Shown piece by piece: positions 63,801 through 64,000 of a stretch of 64,000 nt of DNA. The translations under genes and the position numbers were made by a program. Numbering within the stretch: the stretch's first letter is position 1; the number at the start of each line of letters is the position of its first letter. Source of the DNA: Bilabrum cf. latius (Eukaryota); contig OZ237746.1 of assembly GCA_965178125.1 (NCBI GenBank), positions 744,001 through 808,000 on the forward strand. The letters are read 5' to 3'. The notes under the pieces are model-generated. The model was not told the origin of the DNA, made no database searches, and saw only the letters and a list, made by a program, of their open reading frames with translations.

Positions 63801-64000
63801 GATCACGTCGGCCGCCCACCGTTTCCTAAACTCCCGCCTCTCGTGTTCCCTGAGGGCGTCCCGGTGCACGCGCCAACGAGCCTAGCCACCGGTTGCAACC
63901 GCCCATTCCGTCACCGCGATGCAGTAGCTGTCCAGGGAACACAGGCTGCACTTGGGCTAGGAATGGGTCCTAGATGATGACGATGACGATGATGACGATG
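57792..64000 (-). CDS. Very large hypothetical protein (>2000 aa, 5' end outside the window) with a C-x2-PGC...SRYC-x3-C zinc-binding-like motif
   Basis: Six ORF-track pieces share one frame and are joined across about 11 TAG, ending in TGA 57792. Motif CLRPGCNRPRRE(TAG)SRYCGVRC at about 59750-59815. Confidence 0.75.
58104..58455 (-). repeat. Coding minisatellite, 33-bp unit x ~10.5 (ASGSAGAVAGG)
   Basis: Perfect tandem copies are visible. Confidence 0.95.

Noticed and set aside
1-64000. Fragmented ORFs read as pseudogenes or sequencing errors
   Set aside because: The breaks are exclusively TAG, never frameshifts or TGA/TAA. Several are conserved among paralogs, and catalytic motifs are intact.
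1-64000. Suppressor tRNA-Gln(CUA), other tRNA or rRNA genes, eRF1
   Set aside because: None was recognisable by eye in this window; tRNAscan-SE on the whole genome is needed.

Overview
This is gene-dense, GC-rich nuclear DNA from a eukaryote. It has GT-AG introns and a CFAP92-like gene, so a flagellated protist is likely (inference). The window does not use the standard genetic code. About 80 in-frame TAG codons (hand count) interrupt otherwise intact genes, and every confidently modelled gene ends in TGA. I saw no in-frame TAA. Paralog alignments and a (Gly-Gln)n repeat indicate UAG = Gln, so the ORF track splits real genes into pieces. Read with TAG = Gln, the window holds: three tandem LRR paralogs, squalene epoxidase, a two-domain cathepsin Z/X-like protease with a 5-nt microexon, a small ankyrin protein, an acyl-CoA oxidase ending in -AKL, glutathione synthetase, a CFAP92-like protein, a putative Ig-fold transcription factor, a PHD-finger protein and several hypotheticals. 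A ~10.6 kb ankyrin gene is built one repeat per phase-0 exon, with variation concentrated at the predicted binding face. It shares a C-terminal module with the LRR and small ankyrin proteins, which suggests a diversifying receptor family. Short DNA motifs such as GTGTGACGAGTG and GGTTGCAACC recur inside coding insertions in several frames and on both strands.
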